Shown piece by piece: positions 36,537 to 50,500 of a DNA stretch of 64,000 nucleotides. Position 1 is the first letter of the stretch. Each line of letters starts with the position of its first letter. A program made the translations under genes and the position numbers. The notes below the pieces were generated by a model, which was given only the letters and a program-made list of their open reading frames with translations, was not told where the DNA came from and ran no database searches. Location: positions 237,338,001-237,402,000 of the forward strand of contig CM097885.1 in NCBI GenBank assembly GCA_044892525.1, given 5' to 3'. This DNA comes from Schmidtea polychroa (lineage: Eukaryota).

Positions 36537-36628
<92 letters not shown>

Positions 36629-38006
36629 TATAATAATAATAAAGTAAAATAATAATGATAACAATACTATTAATAATTTAGCATTAACAGGATATATTTA
36701 CTGTTGCCTGTACGTCGACCGGACTACATTAAATGTAGAATTAGTTTAATATAGGACCCTAGAAAATATTGAAAATTTAAATTGGTCATGTTATTTCCAT
36801 TACATATAAATTCGAAATTTTTTTAAATAGAAAATAAATTACTAAGTGCACTCCCAATTACTTAGTAAGTCCACAAATCACTTTTACATTTTACTACTAA
36901 ATGAAATCAGCTAAATATCATGGGATACTAAATATTTTTCACGAACCCTTTCTGGTTTCTAAACAATTCCCTGCTGCCAATTAACAATTAATTGTTCATA
37001 ACTGTCAAGTGTAATATAACTTTTATTACTATTGCGTTCTAAATAAAAGTCTGATGTTCATAACACATCAAAAATTGCTAATTTCCCTATAATGGATAAA
37101 AACAATTTTATTTTTAACCACAAAAATATTTTTCAAATAATTATTATAAATTTTATTGTCTTCTAATAATAATTTTTTTTTAAATTTTCAAATAATCTAT
37201 TTCACATTATAAATTAATTTCACCCTTAAATGTCTATCAGCTTAGATTTATTGGGGTTGTCAGTGAAATGTGAGATTTATTATTATTGATCTGATTCCAA
37301 AGATTTTTAAAAACAGTAATTAGTCGTTTTTATGCTCGAAAAATTTTTAAGAGAGTCAAATGACAAAAAACAGTCACTAATTGAATATCTCTAAAAAAAT
37401 TTGAGGACTCGTTTTTCCAAAAATATCTACCTGCCGGTACGTCACCATATTGTAGTCTAATAACAAGAACATTGTTTTAAAAAGATTATGAATTTCTGGC
37501 CTAATATAAAAAATCGTCTACAATTGACAAAGTTGTCAGAGTTTATCGAAGAAAGTAGAGTGCGCAACATTCTCTTTTATAGAAAGTCATATTTATTATT
37601 TGTCGGTAAAATTCAAAGTAAAATAGTTATCCTTAACACAACTTCTCATAAACTTGTAGTATAATCGTGGACTTCAACGGCTGAGAGAAAATTGGAAATT
37701 GTTAAATTGTGATCTTTGAATGGTAACACAAATTTTATCTATGTGTTACTCAATAAAATTTCAATATTGTTGGGTTGCAGTCATTTCACTCTAATACTAC
37801 CTTTATATGGGGCTTGTGATTTTTCAAGAAATACCTTAAACCGATATATCAGCTTATTACTTTCAATCCAATTTTAATGTATGAAATCACTCTTTATCTC
37901 AACTATTCAACCACTAAAAGTTCCTCAACAAGATACATTTGAAGACTACCTGAACAAAAAGAAAGGAACTGTCTGATGTGTATTACTCACAAAAGGAGAT
38001 CTAGAT

Positions 38007-38250
38007 CAGTGGTGGCCAACCCAAATCAATCGAAGGGCCAAATTTTCGGAAAAATACTATCACAAGCCACAATAAATTCATTTAAATAAATATAACTCGG
38101 TTTTACGATTCAAGTAAACTTAGAATCAATTTTTAAAATTAAAAACATGTTTAATTCAAATATGAATTCTAAAAAAGACAATTATTGATTTGATGTTTAA
38201 AATTGTGTCCGGCCACATTTGGCCCGCGGGCCACCGGTTGGCCATGGCTG
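38007..38250. mobile_element. hAT (Charlie-like) MITE, 244 bp
   Basis: TIR CAGTGGTGGCCAACC / GGTTGGCCATGGCTG; perfect 8-bp TSD ATCTAGAT (37999-38006, 38251-38258), matching the NTCTAGAN target preference. Confidence 0.92.
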
Positions 38251-39726
38251 ATCTAGATCAAGAAATTTATGTTACAATAAAGGGTTATATAAACTATTTT
38301 TATCGTCATTTATTGGGAAAAGAGTGATTATAAGTTTTCTATTTATGAATTTTGTTCAAAAGTGTACGTATTTTTCAATTTCATTAAATATAGCTGTTTT
38401 CATTTCGTTTAAGTTAAATGAAAATTATTTTAAAGAAAATTTTTTTTCTATTGTTTTTTCTATCAATAACCTTTCAGTTAATGGAAAATATTCCTTTCTT
38501 TCCCTCATGTAAACCAACATTTATTCAACAATAAAATATAATGAAAGTGTGAAGTTATCTTTAGTTTTAAGAAAGATATGTTAACCTTAATATATTTTCA
38601 AAAATGCATAATTCAAAAGTATTTTAAGGATATAAATAAAAAGTCATTATGTAGTAAAATGATTAATATGAGAACATGATGAGTCAGATTGCATGTTTAT
38701 TCCTACCGAAAGCTGATATAAACCTAACATTATGAATACCAAATTCTAGCAATAAAAAATATAAAGTTTCCATCAAAAACTTCTTTTTCCAATCTCACCA
38801 CTGATTATTTTTTCCATTGAATTTATTAAGCGAAATTCGCTTGAAAAAGGCAGTGCCGAAAATTCGTGAGTATCAACAAACATCGATATATTATTGATTT
38901 ATAGTCTTCAAGCTGTCTTTTTAATAAATTTAATTTCTTTTTTAAATTGCTTATGAAAATTTTTATTTTGAAATATAATAAGTCAAGTTTCGAAATTCTG
39001 ACTCAAAACATTTTGTGGAGTAATGAAAAGAAAGTGGTTATTATTTATCTCTTAAATTACTGAATTAATCCATTAATTTTTAATATTACTTGATCACTTA
39101 AAATAAATTATAGTGATCATTAAAATAGCTCTAGGAGCCAATATCTTTAGTTTAATATAAGTTTCACTCAGGCCTTTAGCTTTGAGACAGATCTTTATCT
39201 TAGATTTACCTAACTCAACCGCTTTAGCGTTAATATATAGTCATGATTGTAGTCGTCTGGTGATAGCTTGGCCATAAAAAACTTATCAACGTACGAAAAA
39301 ATGAATTTAAGAATTGAGGCGCATTGCAATTCTCAACGTTTTATCTGGTTGCATTTGTAGACTTCAATTTCTCCATCAAATTAAAACATATTAAATATAT
39401 TCCATACTCATTATAATTAAGTGCTCAAATAAGTAAACTAAGGGATAAAAATGGTTCTAGGACTTTGTTTAAATAGAATAATTAATTATTGCCCTAACAC
39501 ATAAGTAAGTTGTTTTTATTTAGCATAAATGTCTGGTTCTTTCCGTCTTTGTTTTAATAATAATATAAACAATCGAAAAATCTAGACAATATATGAATTA
39601 TAATGAATAAATAAATTAAAAAAAAAACTAGTGTCAAACCTCTAAGACTATATGCCTCCCAAATATGTAACCGGATCTCGGTTGTTATAATCGACTACAA
39701 TGGTGTGAAGTGTTTCATTGATGATT

Positions 39727-39834
39727 CATTTTGTCCATGCCATTTAATCATATAATTCTAGTACCATTTTGTCTTTACCATTTTGTCCGTACCATTTTGT
39801 CCAATACCATTATATCCTCATACCATTTTGTCCC
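39727..39834. repeat. Short tandem array of TACCATTTTGTC
   Basis: About 5-6 copies, mostly with a 14-bp period; resembles a DNA-transposon subterminal repeat. Confidence 0.75.
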
Positions 39835-42463
39835 GCCACCATAAAAATCAGTGATTGACTTAGTAATTCTAGTGTCCAAGAAATAATACCCAAAAAATTT
39901 ATAGGACCATTTTTATTTTTATTTACTTTTTTACATTTTACCAACAGGCCATATGTATTTATTGTATTAACTATTTTCAAACTATTTTTTATCAAATTTC
40001 AGTTTTTTGTATTTTAAACGTTTACTTAGTAAATTCTGAAACAGAGTTTCTAAATAAAACCGTAACCACTAAGAGGTACATTGTGACAAATAGTTATAAA
40101 ATGTCTTTAAATATTGTTTATAATGACTTATTTATTTTAAATTAAAAATTGTGGCAAATTTATAAATTTAATAATAAAAACAATTAATTAAAGGAAGCGG
40201 AACGATTTTATTTTTTTATATTAGATAATTTATTAATTAATTACAATATATCTATTATACATTGATAAACAGATTTAAAAAAAATTATATTTTAATGAGA
40301 AATTTCCTATTACTTTTAGGTATTATTTTTCTCAATTGTCAAGGCAATCAAATCTGTTGCAAATGGTGTTTTTGTTTTAAACGAATTGAATGATTAAATT
40401 ATTATGTTAAAATATAAAATATAAAATTTAATTATTTCATTTTTGTATGTGATTGTTTAAAAAATGGTTTATTTAATAAAAAGTTTAAGAAATAATTATT
40501 TGATTTATGAATTTTTATAATTTGTTTTAATAAGTATTATAAAATTTAGTTTTTTACATTAATACATGATTATAACAGTCAATATATATATGAATATATT
40601 GTATAAGTTATGTTTATGAGGAGTTTTTCCTATTTAAATCCGTTTCATGTTTAATATATAACTAAAAATTATCAAAAAATAATATTACACAATCAAAAAT
40701 AAAGTATAAATTACTAATGAGTCATTTCTGTAATATTTAAATTTCAGAAATAAGGCCAAAGAATAACGGATCAACCAAAAGAAAGATTAGGAATTATACT
40801 TTATTGAAAGATATTATACTTAATTATAAACTATAATTATAATCGCTATTCAATTAACAAAACCCTTATATTTCAGTAATAGGATTTAAAAGGACAGACA
40901 GAAGAATTAATGATTTATTTATTTTCAATTAAAACTAATTTTTTTTAGTAAAATTGAAATTTTTTTTAATATTATTTAAACAAATTTTTATGACATTTTT
41001 TAAAAGTTGAAATTGTTTTTGAATTATAAAACCATTACACCAAAAAATTACAAATAATATTAAATAATTAATTTGGTAGAATTATTTTGACTACGACAGC
41101 ATACATTTGAATATAAAATTTCAATTGTTTCTAATGCAAGGAAATGAGATTAAACAGATATTGACATAAAAACGTGAAAAATTAACTACATTGCAAGTCA
41201 AACAGAGAAATTTACAAGACGATAATTTACTAATTTAGAAAGTTAATTTGAATCAAATCAAGACAAACAAGAATTCTATATAAATTACTATTAGCAATTT
41301 ACTCAGAGAACATATTTAATGACTTATCAAAAGTTTTCATTTTAAATTGTTTCTTGTAAAATATAAAACTAAAATTATAAATGAAAGAGACTACCCCTTC
41401 ACTCAACCCAACAATATTCGATCTCAATATGTTCTGTTTAAATGTTAAATAAATCGATTAATAGGATAAAATATAAACAACAAATTTCAATTTCTTTTAA
41501 TTTATTGTAACTTAATTTAGATATTTTTTACATTTCTTGAAGTTTAATATTTGTCTCTCACATTTGTTTATTGAATATAATAACATAGGGAAATGTTTTT
41601 ATTTATTAAATTTGGACTTTGGTGTGTATGTTTTTGAGGGAGGAAGGTTATTTACATTATTAATATCATTTAATCGTTAAGTGCGGAATTAAATTTCATA
41701 AAAGTTAATAAATGTGTCAATTATCCGTGAAAGAAAAAGTTAAATATATAATTGTGATTTGAAAATTTGAAACAAGTGTAAAACGACCAAGTGAAATTTA
41801 TGTTGAAAAATCACTGGAAAAAGGCAGTGCCGAAAATTAGTGATTATCAAATAAATCATTGATATCTTTATTGATTCATGGTCAAGTTTTTTAATAAATG
41901 CAATAATACATTGAGCATATATTAAAAAAATGATTTTTCCTCGAAGGGTTATTAAAAGTAGAAATAAAGGTATATTCAACAGTATTCGGATTTATTCATA
42001 TTTCGCATCTAAAGGGTTAAAGAACATGAATTTTATATCCAAGTTTCTCATTCATCTTCAGCTTATGAACTCTTTTTACACAACTTCCTTTACAAATATT
42101 TTAGGTTTCATTCTATTACGTTGTCTTACTAGAGAGTTAGACAGAAAGAACTGGACACCACATTACTTGATATTAATAAGTAGTTATAATACATATCTGA
42201 GAAAATTTGACTGAATTTAGATAGCTGGTGTGTACACATTATTAAACCTACATTTTAAAATTTTTTATTTCTTATTTGTATAAAAGTAATTATTATTATT
42301 CAACAATTTATTAATTTATTAATATCGATTAATTTTGTTTATTTATTTATGTTCTTTGAACATATATTTATGAATTGATATTTTTCCTAAATTTAGGTGT
42401 TCAATTTAAATTTTCCTATTTTTGTATTTATACAGTGGAATCCCTCCATATAGAGTTTGACAT

Positions 42464-43076
42464 AGTCCCGAAATGTTGGTCTTTGATATTACATGGACAG
42501 ATCCTTTAAAAAATATTTATTAAACCCTATTCAAATTCGAAAATGGTTCTTTTCTCTCTGTCTTCTACCGAAAAAGAAGCTATGTCGTTTTGCAAGAAAA
42601 TGAATTACTGCCAAACAGAATGTACTGTCGAGAAAATCACAAAATGAAAATCCGCTTTGGTCCGAGTATTTACTTGTAGAAAAAAGATTAAAGTACAAAT
42701 TGGAAATTGGTTCACCAATAGTCGGTTACCGTTATTATGATAGTTTACTTCTTAAATTACTGGTTGAAGGAACGGACATCGATAAAGTTTTACAAAGGGA
42801 AATTGATCATGAATAAAAATGAAAACATCGATTGTAGCAATATGAGAGCAATCTACTCAGTGTACTTCAACTGAAGAAGTCTGGTTTTCAACACTTCAAG
42901 GAAAATCATAGGTACGATTTCGTTGATCCAAGCATTGAGAGCCTCGAGTACACGTGAAGATCTGCTAAGTGACGTAATAAACTCACCATTATTTAAATTC
43001 ACATTTGACTGAATTTATATAGATCGGTATTTCTAAATCGGTGCCATATAGCATCAATAACCAATATTTCGGGACT
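42464..43076 (+). mobile_element. Decayed TIR element, Merlin-like
   Basis: Inverted repeat AGTCCCGAAATGTTGGT / ACCAATATTTCGGGACT; internal fragments ELLPNRMYC and NHRYDFVDP resemble a Merlin transposase. Confidence 0.5.
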
Positions 43077-44655
43077 GTATTAAAAATAGATATTTCCAAT
43101 TTTAAAGTGTTATCTAATGATTTTAAAAGAAAATGATTTAGGATAATGAATAATATAAACCAATATATTTGCTATTATTTCATTTATATTTAATTTAAAT
43201 TGTAAATATTTTAATATGCTAGTAATCAATAAATTATAGTATAATAACATAAAAGGTGCGATCAGACCATTGGCTATCGAGTTGAACGAATGAATTTTAA
43301 TTGCGGAGTTATTTTGTTGAAAATAAAACTTAATTGTATTGTATTGTTTTGAAAAAAATCTCATTTTAATTACAATAATAAGAACATCTGGGATCAGATT
43401 ATAACCAAATTCATAACCCAACATTCAACCACAACCACTTTATACTACCTTACTGAAATCATGATCTGATGAAACATTTACAATCGTTTTTCACTAACAC
43501 CACCAAGATTCATTCTTATGGAATTAAAATTCTCAGAATACAAATTGAGTAATATTAGAAGAAGATTTAACTTAATTAAAAAGTTGTTTCAAAAATATAT
43601 TATTAAAACAAAAACAAATTTCCGATATAATATATGTGAAGAAGTTTAATTAAATATAAATAATATTCCGAACAATGTAATTATATAATTTCCACATACC
43701 ATAAACATACGAATATATAATAATATTTTTAAATACATTTTACAAGTGACATTTTGCAAGTTACACCTCAATATCCGTCAAGTATCTTTTAAACAAGAAA
43801 CAAGTAAAACAAAAGAATTTAAAAAAAATTATTTATGAAAATTATTTCAAAAAGTATGAATTTTTTTTTAATTAATTTTAAACAAATTATTATAATGTAA
43901 AATTTTCCACTTTTTCACTAATGTTTGAAATACGAATTTTCTCCCTCATAATTCAGACAATGAATATTTTCTTTAATTAAAATTTAATTCAAAAAAATTA
44001 GTCAGTTGAAATATTTCGGTCTGTAAAAGAAAAATATCCCAAATCAATAACTTCATTTCAAAAATAAATGAATTTTTCCACTTTCGATCTGCTCTATTGC
44101 ATTTCATTTAGCATGTTATCTGAATAATTTATCTGTAATCATGTGCTTTTCATACGAGGCATTTGTAGAGAATTCTACTAATTGATTCGCATCACTCACG
44201 CATATCATCATTTAATTTTAAATCGTATAAAGCAATTACTTTCATTATCAATAGATTTTAATTTCCTTCTCCGTCACCAATTTTACATCTTCACTTTCTT
44301 TTCATTTAGCTTTGATCATCTCGAAACAAAAATTTCTGAATTTCATATATTAGATGATGAAGAAAGGTGGAAATGATTGAGGAATTCATTTTGTTTTTAT
44401 TTTTAATTAATGAACTACCTGTTTGATACATATTTTGTTTAAATTAAATGCTATTTCCGGGAATATTTAATTAACTCAGAGTTTTATTATCCAATTTTCA
44501 CTCAGTGAAAAATTAGATTAAAAATAGTTTTATATTAAATATTTTTACCGATCAATTGTTCAGTGAACTGTAAAGTGAAAATACTTTTAACACAATGAGA
44601 TTATTAAAGAAACTGACTAATGAAAACACAATAATTACTTATTTATTCAACACTA

Positions 44656-44771
<116 letters not shown>

Positions 44772-46487
44772 GTAATAGCATAAAAATAATATTAATACAA
44801 TTACAAATTTCAAAATCCTAATAAAGATAATTCTTCATAAACGTTGTCCACTGGATCGCAGGAAATGTATGCAAAAATATATACTGGATGCAGCTTCAGA
44901 ACCTTGCACCAAAGATTTAAGGAAAACCAACATCCTTCGACAGAATCCTATATAACAGTCACAAAGGTCAAATAAATCTTCAAAATTAGATACATCAGAT
45001 AAAATTAATGCTTCAATTAGAAATTGTAATAGATATAATATTTAAACAAACTTTAATATAAATAGTAAATTTAATTAAAAAAAATTTAAAACAAATTTCG
45101 ATAATTAACAATTTTGATTAACAACAGTTATAACGAAAGTACAGTAGGAAATATTAATATTATAAAATCAATTATCTTTTATTATAAGAACTTTTTTTCA
45201 AATTTCACCACTGATTTCTTTTCAATTGACATTGTAGTTATTAATCAGTAAAAGGAAACGGATTTAAGTGTTTACTATATATTCCGTCCGTTGAATAAGC
45301 AAAAAAACTAGCATACTAAAATATACAGAAAAGTGACTGATACTGGTCTTTATACAACTCCCGAGAACTGTTGTGAATATAAATACAAGTGAAATGTGGT
45401 GAGAGGATTAGTTTTTCGTGCATGGCCTTTATCATCCACGTTTATTAATTCAGTGAATTCAACGGATCATAACGTTGTAGCCAATTTGATTGAATTAATC
45501 ACATGCAGGATGAAAGCTGCTAGCAAATTCATGGTGGCCCCACAAAATATTTATGTATTATTTACTAATTTATTGTGGTTTTTGCATTTTTGTAAATTGG
45601 TTTCATAAATTGTTTGTTTCAAATTTCTGTATTGATTCATTGCTTTTTGTTTTTCTTATTTTTATGGGATAGATGCAATATTTATTAACAATAATCGTTA
45701 AACTTAGTTTTGTTTCATTTTCAAAAAATTTTATGATTGAGATTTGTATTATAAATCATGTAAAAAAATTAACTTAAACAATTAAGAAAATAGTAAATTG
45801 AAATTAAAAAAATAAATAAATAAAATAAAAAAACAACATATTTTATATTGCAAACATCGAATTAATTGAACAACCATAAATAAAAAACAATTTAAAATAT
45901 TTTTAGACGATTAATTAAATTTTAATTAAAATTGCATTATAAATACCGTGTTAATAATAAGTCATTTTAAAGTTTAAATTAAATTAAATTAAATAAAATA
46001 AAATGAATAGGAAATTGGACTAATCACTGCTATCTCAAATCTAACAAACATTTAATTTTGATTTTGATTTTAAACAAACTAATTTATGAAATTTTGTTAT
46101 TTTTAATATGAGAATTAAGATGCTTTGACGATTTTGTTTCAAATTATCGCTTAGATCATTTAATATTCATTTAATTAATTTTTTGAAGATAAAATTGTAA
46201 CGATAATAGGAAACAAACAAATAGAAATTGTTAATTTTGTCTCACATCAAAGATTTACAATTTAAAATAGAAAATGTTTGATTTTTATCGAAATTAAACT
46301 AACAAATTGATAAACATTTTGTTGCCTTATTTATATTAGTTATTTATTATTTGTTCAAAAATTTTTAATTAAATATTTTAGTTATAATTTCATTGATTTA
46401 ATTAATCATTTGTTTTTATTTTATATCAAATTTAATTCTTTCTGATTTTTTAAAGAAATAATAACAGCAATTTTTCCATACCAAGTC

Positions 46488-47466
46488 AGTAGTGTGGTTA
46501 TATACCCAACCAAAACAGCCCTCCCAACAAAACATGCCTCCAAATCACTTAAGCTATTAGAAAAACAACCTAAAACTTATACTTTTATAGTATTTTAACC
46601 CTATATTTTGAAAACAACCACCCTTAATGACTCTAACTGTTTTAATCTTTAAAGCCTCAAACTCAAAAGCTTCAAACTAAAAACATAAAGAGAATAGAAA
46701 AGAAAATGGTATTATGAAAAAGTTAGAAGGCTACTTGAGGATGCCAACTAGCAAGTTGCTAATTGGCTAATTAAAAAAAATAAATGAAATCTTAATCTTG
46801 ATGTCTTGAAGAATAAAAAATTTTATGAAAATAGTAAAACTGCTCTGAGAGGACAGTGGTATTTTTTTTTTCACTGTCCTCTCAACAGTTTTTTTGATCC
46901 GGATCAATTTTTTTATTCAACCTCTTTCGTTTATCAAATCTCTTCCAATATACAAGCTGGCCAGGCTCATAATCAGAATCAATTCGATAATAGCAGCACA
47001 CCTTATTATTCGCTTCTCGCTCGAATACTATTTCATCGGCGTTTTAAGTGTGCTGCTCGAAAGTACAAATGAATTCGAAAGCGAATCCGAAAGAGGTCCG
47101 AAAACAACCGAGAAATAAATGTGCACATTATGGGATCGATCCGGGTGTGTTCGAAAGACTGGTGGCGATAATTACCGGTTCGCCACCACACCCGTTTCAA
47201 TATTTTTTTTTTCATATTTATGTTTAAAAAATAATTAATTAATAAAAAAATAAAATAAAATAAAATAAATAAAATAAAATATACAAGTACTTTATAAATA
47301 TAAGATACCCACACTATTTTCAATATTATTTTCAAATTTTTAATATTATTTTATGTTGAAAAAAAAACTAACCTCAGATGTGATTTGAACCGCTAGCATT
47401 TTGAACCACTGTGTCAGTCTAGCCCACTGCGCCATCAAGGTTTGGATTTTTTGTCATTTTTTAAAT
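46488..47466 (+). repeat. Left TIR of the Polinton (includes 226 bp absent from the right TIR)
   Basis: Reverse complement of ~60190-60941 except for 46729-46954. Confidence 0.95.
47370..47442 (-). ncRNA. Putative Pol III small RNA (VA-RNA/tRNA-like), left TIR copy
   Basis: Minus strand: AACCTTGA-TGGCGCAGTGG (A box)...GGTTCAAATC (B box-like)...CATCTGAGGTT then AG and T9. The 5' and 3' ends can pair. Confidence 0.5.
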
Positions 47467-47508
47467 TTTTATTATAAAAAATGAATAATATAAATCTTAA
47501 AAAATAAA

Positions 47509-50500
47509 ATGAAAACAGGGTATCCAATAAAAAATTTTTTTCTAAAAATGAATTGTAATATTTGCAATAAAGTTTTTAAAAATAAAACTGGATTAATTTC
47601 TCACTTAAAATCGAAAGCTCATTTTTTAAAAGAAAATAATCTTAATGATACAAATTCAAAACTTTGTCTTAAATGTAAAGGAAGATTTCTACATTCTGGA
47701 TATAATAAACATTTTGAAAATTGTATCGGGAAAAATAGAGAAATATTTACATGTCCTCATTGTAACTTTTCAACAAAACTAAATTTCTATTATTTAGAAC
47801 ATATAAAAGAATGTAAAAATAAAAAACAAAATTCTGACGATGAGGAATGTCATTCAGAAGGAGAACCTGATCATGTTGAAAGAGAAAAATATAACTGGGA
47901 TAATTTTAATCATATAGATGAATTTCAATTAAAAATTAATGGGCCTGCAACTCCTGGAGAATATATAAATAAAAATAAAAAAAATATTAAAAATTCTTTC
48001 ACTGAAGCTTTAAAAAATTATAAACCGACAAGGTATAATGTTATAAAATATAAAATTATAATCAAAGCAAAATACTGGCGAGGAGCAGAAGAAAAGACAA
48101 CACCCTTAGATGTTGAAATTGGAATACCTTTTAAATATTTATTTTCAATTAAAGGATTTGATAAAACCATCAAAGAAATAATTAAAGCAGCAGAAGCAAA
48201 ACAAGAGGAAGTAGAAAATGAATTAGGAGATTCAAACTTAGTATTCAACTCTTTCCAAACTTTAGTGATTGATTATTGGAGAGGATTACCACCCAATCCT
48301 AAATCTTATATTCCTACACCCTTTAAATCTAAAAATGTTATAAATGTACAGAATAATGATAACAAAATGTTTCATCTGGTCAATACTTGCACATTTACAT
48401 CCTCAAGCAACAAATCCCCAAAGAGTTTCAAAATACAAACAATATGAAAATGAATTAATATTTCCCAAAGGATTCAAACACCCAATGAAACTAGAAGACA
48501 TTCCAGAATTTGAAAAATTAAATAATCTTAAACTTAATATTTATGAACATGTTATAGGGAAAGAAATTATTCCAATTTATATTTCAGATAGTGGAACCAA
48601 GGATAACGGAGCACAGGACAACGAGATATATCTTTTAATCTTGGAACAAGAAAATAATCAACATTATGTTTTAATAAAAAACTTTCAAGCTTTTACATCT
48701 CCAGAGAATCCAACTAGTGGAGGAGGAACATGTAAAAGATGTCTTCATTATTCAACAACTAAAAACTCTATGATTAAACATACAAGATTTTGTGAAAAAG
48801 ATGATCCAGCTTTAATTAAAATGCCTAATAATCCCAAGATGTATTTTAAAAACTTTTCAAATTTACTACAAACAGTTGTAGTTCTTTATGGTGACTTTGA
48901 ATCTATAAACCATAAACAAGATTTGGTTTATCAATATTTAAAAATAATAGAAAAAAATAAACTCATGGATTTATGGAACTCCTCAGGAGAGAAGATGAAA
49001 CCAGAGAGGATGAAAGCCTTTCTAAGAAAAAGAAATAAACCTAATAGTGTTAAAAAAACTAAACAATTACCATCTGCTTATAAATTATTATTTAAAAGTA
49101 ATTATCCTGAACTCATAGAATCTAGAGAATATTCAATTCTAGGAGGTACCCCTGAAGGAGTCTTGAATCATTTTACTAAAAATATAAATGATCTAGAACA
49201 TGAAATATTTAAAATATTAAAAACAAAGTATCCTCAAAATATTTCTAATCAACAACAACAAGAATATGAAAATACTTCCAACTGTTGGATGTGTAAACAG
49301 AATATTCTTCCTGATGAAAAAGTTATAGATCATGATCATTTAAAAAAGGAAAATAATTATCGAGGAGCAGCTCATAAAAATTGCAATCTTAATTGCCATA
49401 CTCCTAAATTTATACCTGTTATATTTCATAATCTTTTTGGATATGACATACATCTATTTATTAAACATTTAGCAGCAAATGCTAAAAACTCTTTCAAAGT
49501 TATCGGCTCAACAAAAGAAAAATATAAATCAGTTGAATATGGGAAATTAAAATTTATAGACTCGTTAAACTTTCTTCAAATGTCTCTAGATGGAATAGCT
49601 AAAACAATGAAACCAGAAGATTTTAAAATCACTCGAGAATTCTTGGAAAAAAATAATATTCCTCTAGAAGAATATCCTACATGTTTAGCAAAAGGAATAT
49701 ATCCTTATGACTATGTTGACTCGTTTGAAAGATATAATGAAACAAGTCTTCCTAACAAAGAAGATTTCTTTTCAAACTTACTACAATCAGGGATTACAGA
49801 TCAAGAATATTCTCGAGCATTAAAAATGTGGGAATTATTCAAGTGTAAAACTTTAGGAGAATATACCAACATGTATTTATCCTTAGATGTTTATATTCTA
49901 GCAGATTGCTTTGAAGAATTTACAAACTCTTTTGTTCTTAAACCTTATAATTATATAACTGCACCCTCTTTAGCTTGGGATACTATGTTATATACCATTT
50001 GGACTTCAAATATAGAAGATGCTGATAAAATTATAGATCTTTTAACTAACCTCGATATGTTTAACCAAATTAAAACAAACATTAGAGGAGGAGTCTCTTC
50101 AGTAATGGGGAATAGAGAAATAAAAGCTAGAAATGCAATAACTACTAGCCGAAGACTATCTAAACACCCTGATGATCCATATATGAAAATTAACAATGAG
50201 GAATTAAAAGAATTATTAGAAACAATGAAAAATCCTATATTTATACTTTATATAGATGCAACAGCTTTATATTCAGGAATTATGACTCAATATTTACCAA
50301 TGAGTGATTTCACTGAAATAGAGAACCCAACAGATGACCTTATGAAAGAAATACTTTCAACATCGAAAGATTCTCCAATAGGTTACTTTATAGAATGTGA
50401 CCTCGACTATCCAGATGATATAAAATCAGGAACAAGATATTTTCCTTTAGCTCCCATAAGAAGAAAGATTGATATCAACGAACTTTCTGAATGGCAAATC

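Larger units (their letters stand above)
32087..36537 (+). mobile_element. 4.45-kb element with TGTTGG...CCAACA termini inserted in an (AAT)n tract (giant solo LTR or non-autonomous retroelement)
   Basis: Sharp boundaries against (AAT)n on both sides; inverted 6-bp termini with TG...CA; microsatellite phase shift fits a 4-bp TSD (TAAT); internal CCAAT/TATA promoter and GC-richer ORFs. Confidence 0.6.

Noticed and set aside
44830..45025. Short coding-like minus-strand stretch (LIEALILSDVSNFEDLFDLCDCYIGFCRR)
   Set aside because: Too short and unassignable without a search.
47033..47335. 100-aa ORF duplicated at 60320-60622
   Set aside because: Identity is due to the TIRs; non-ATG start and low-complexity content.
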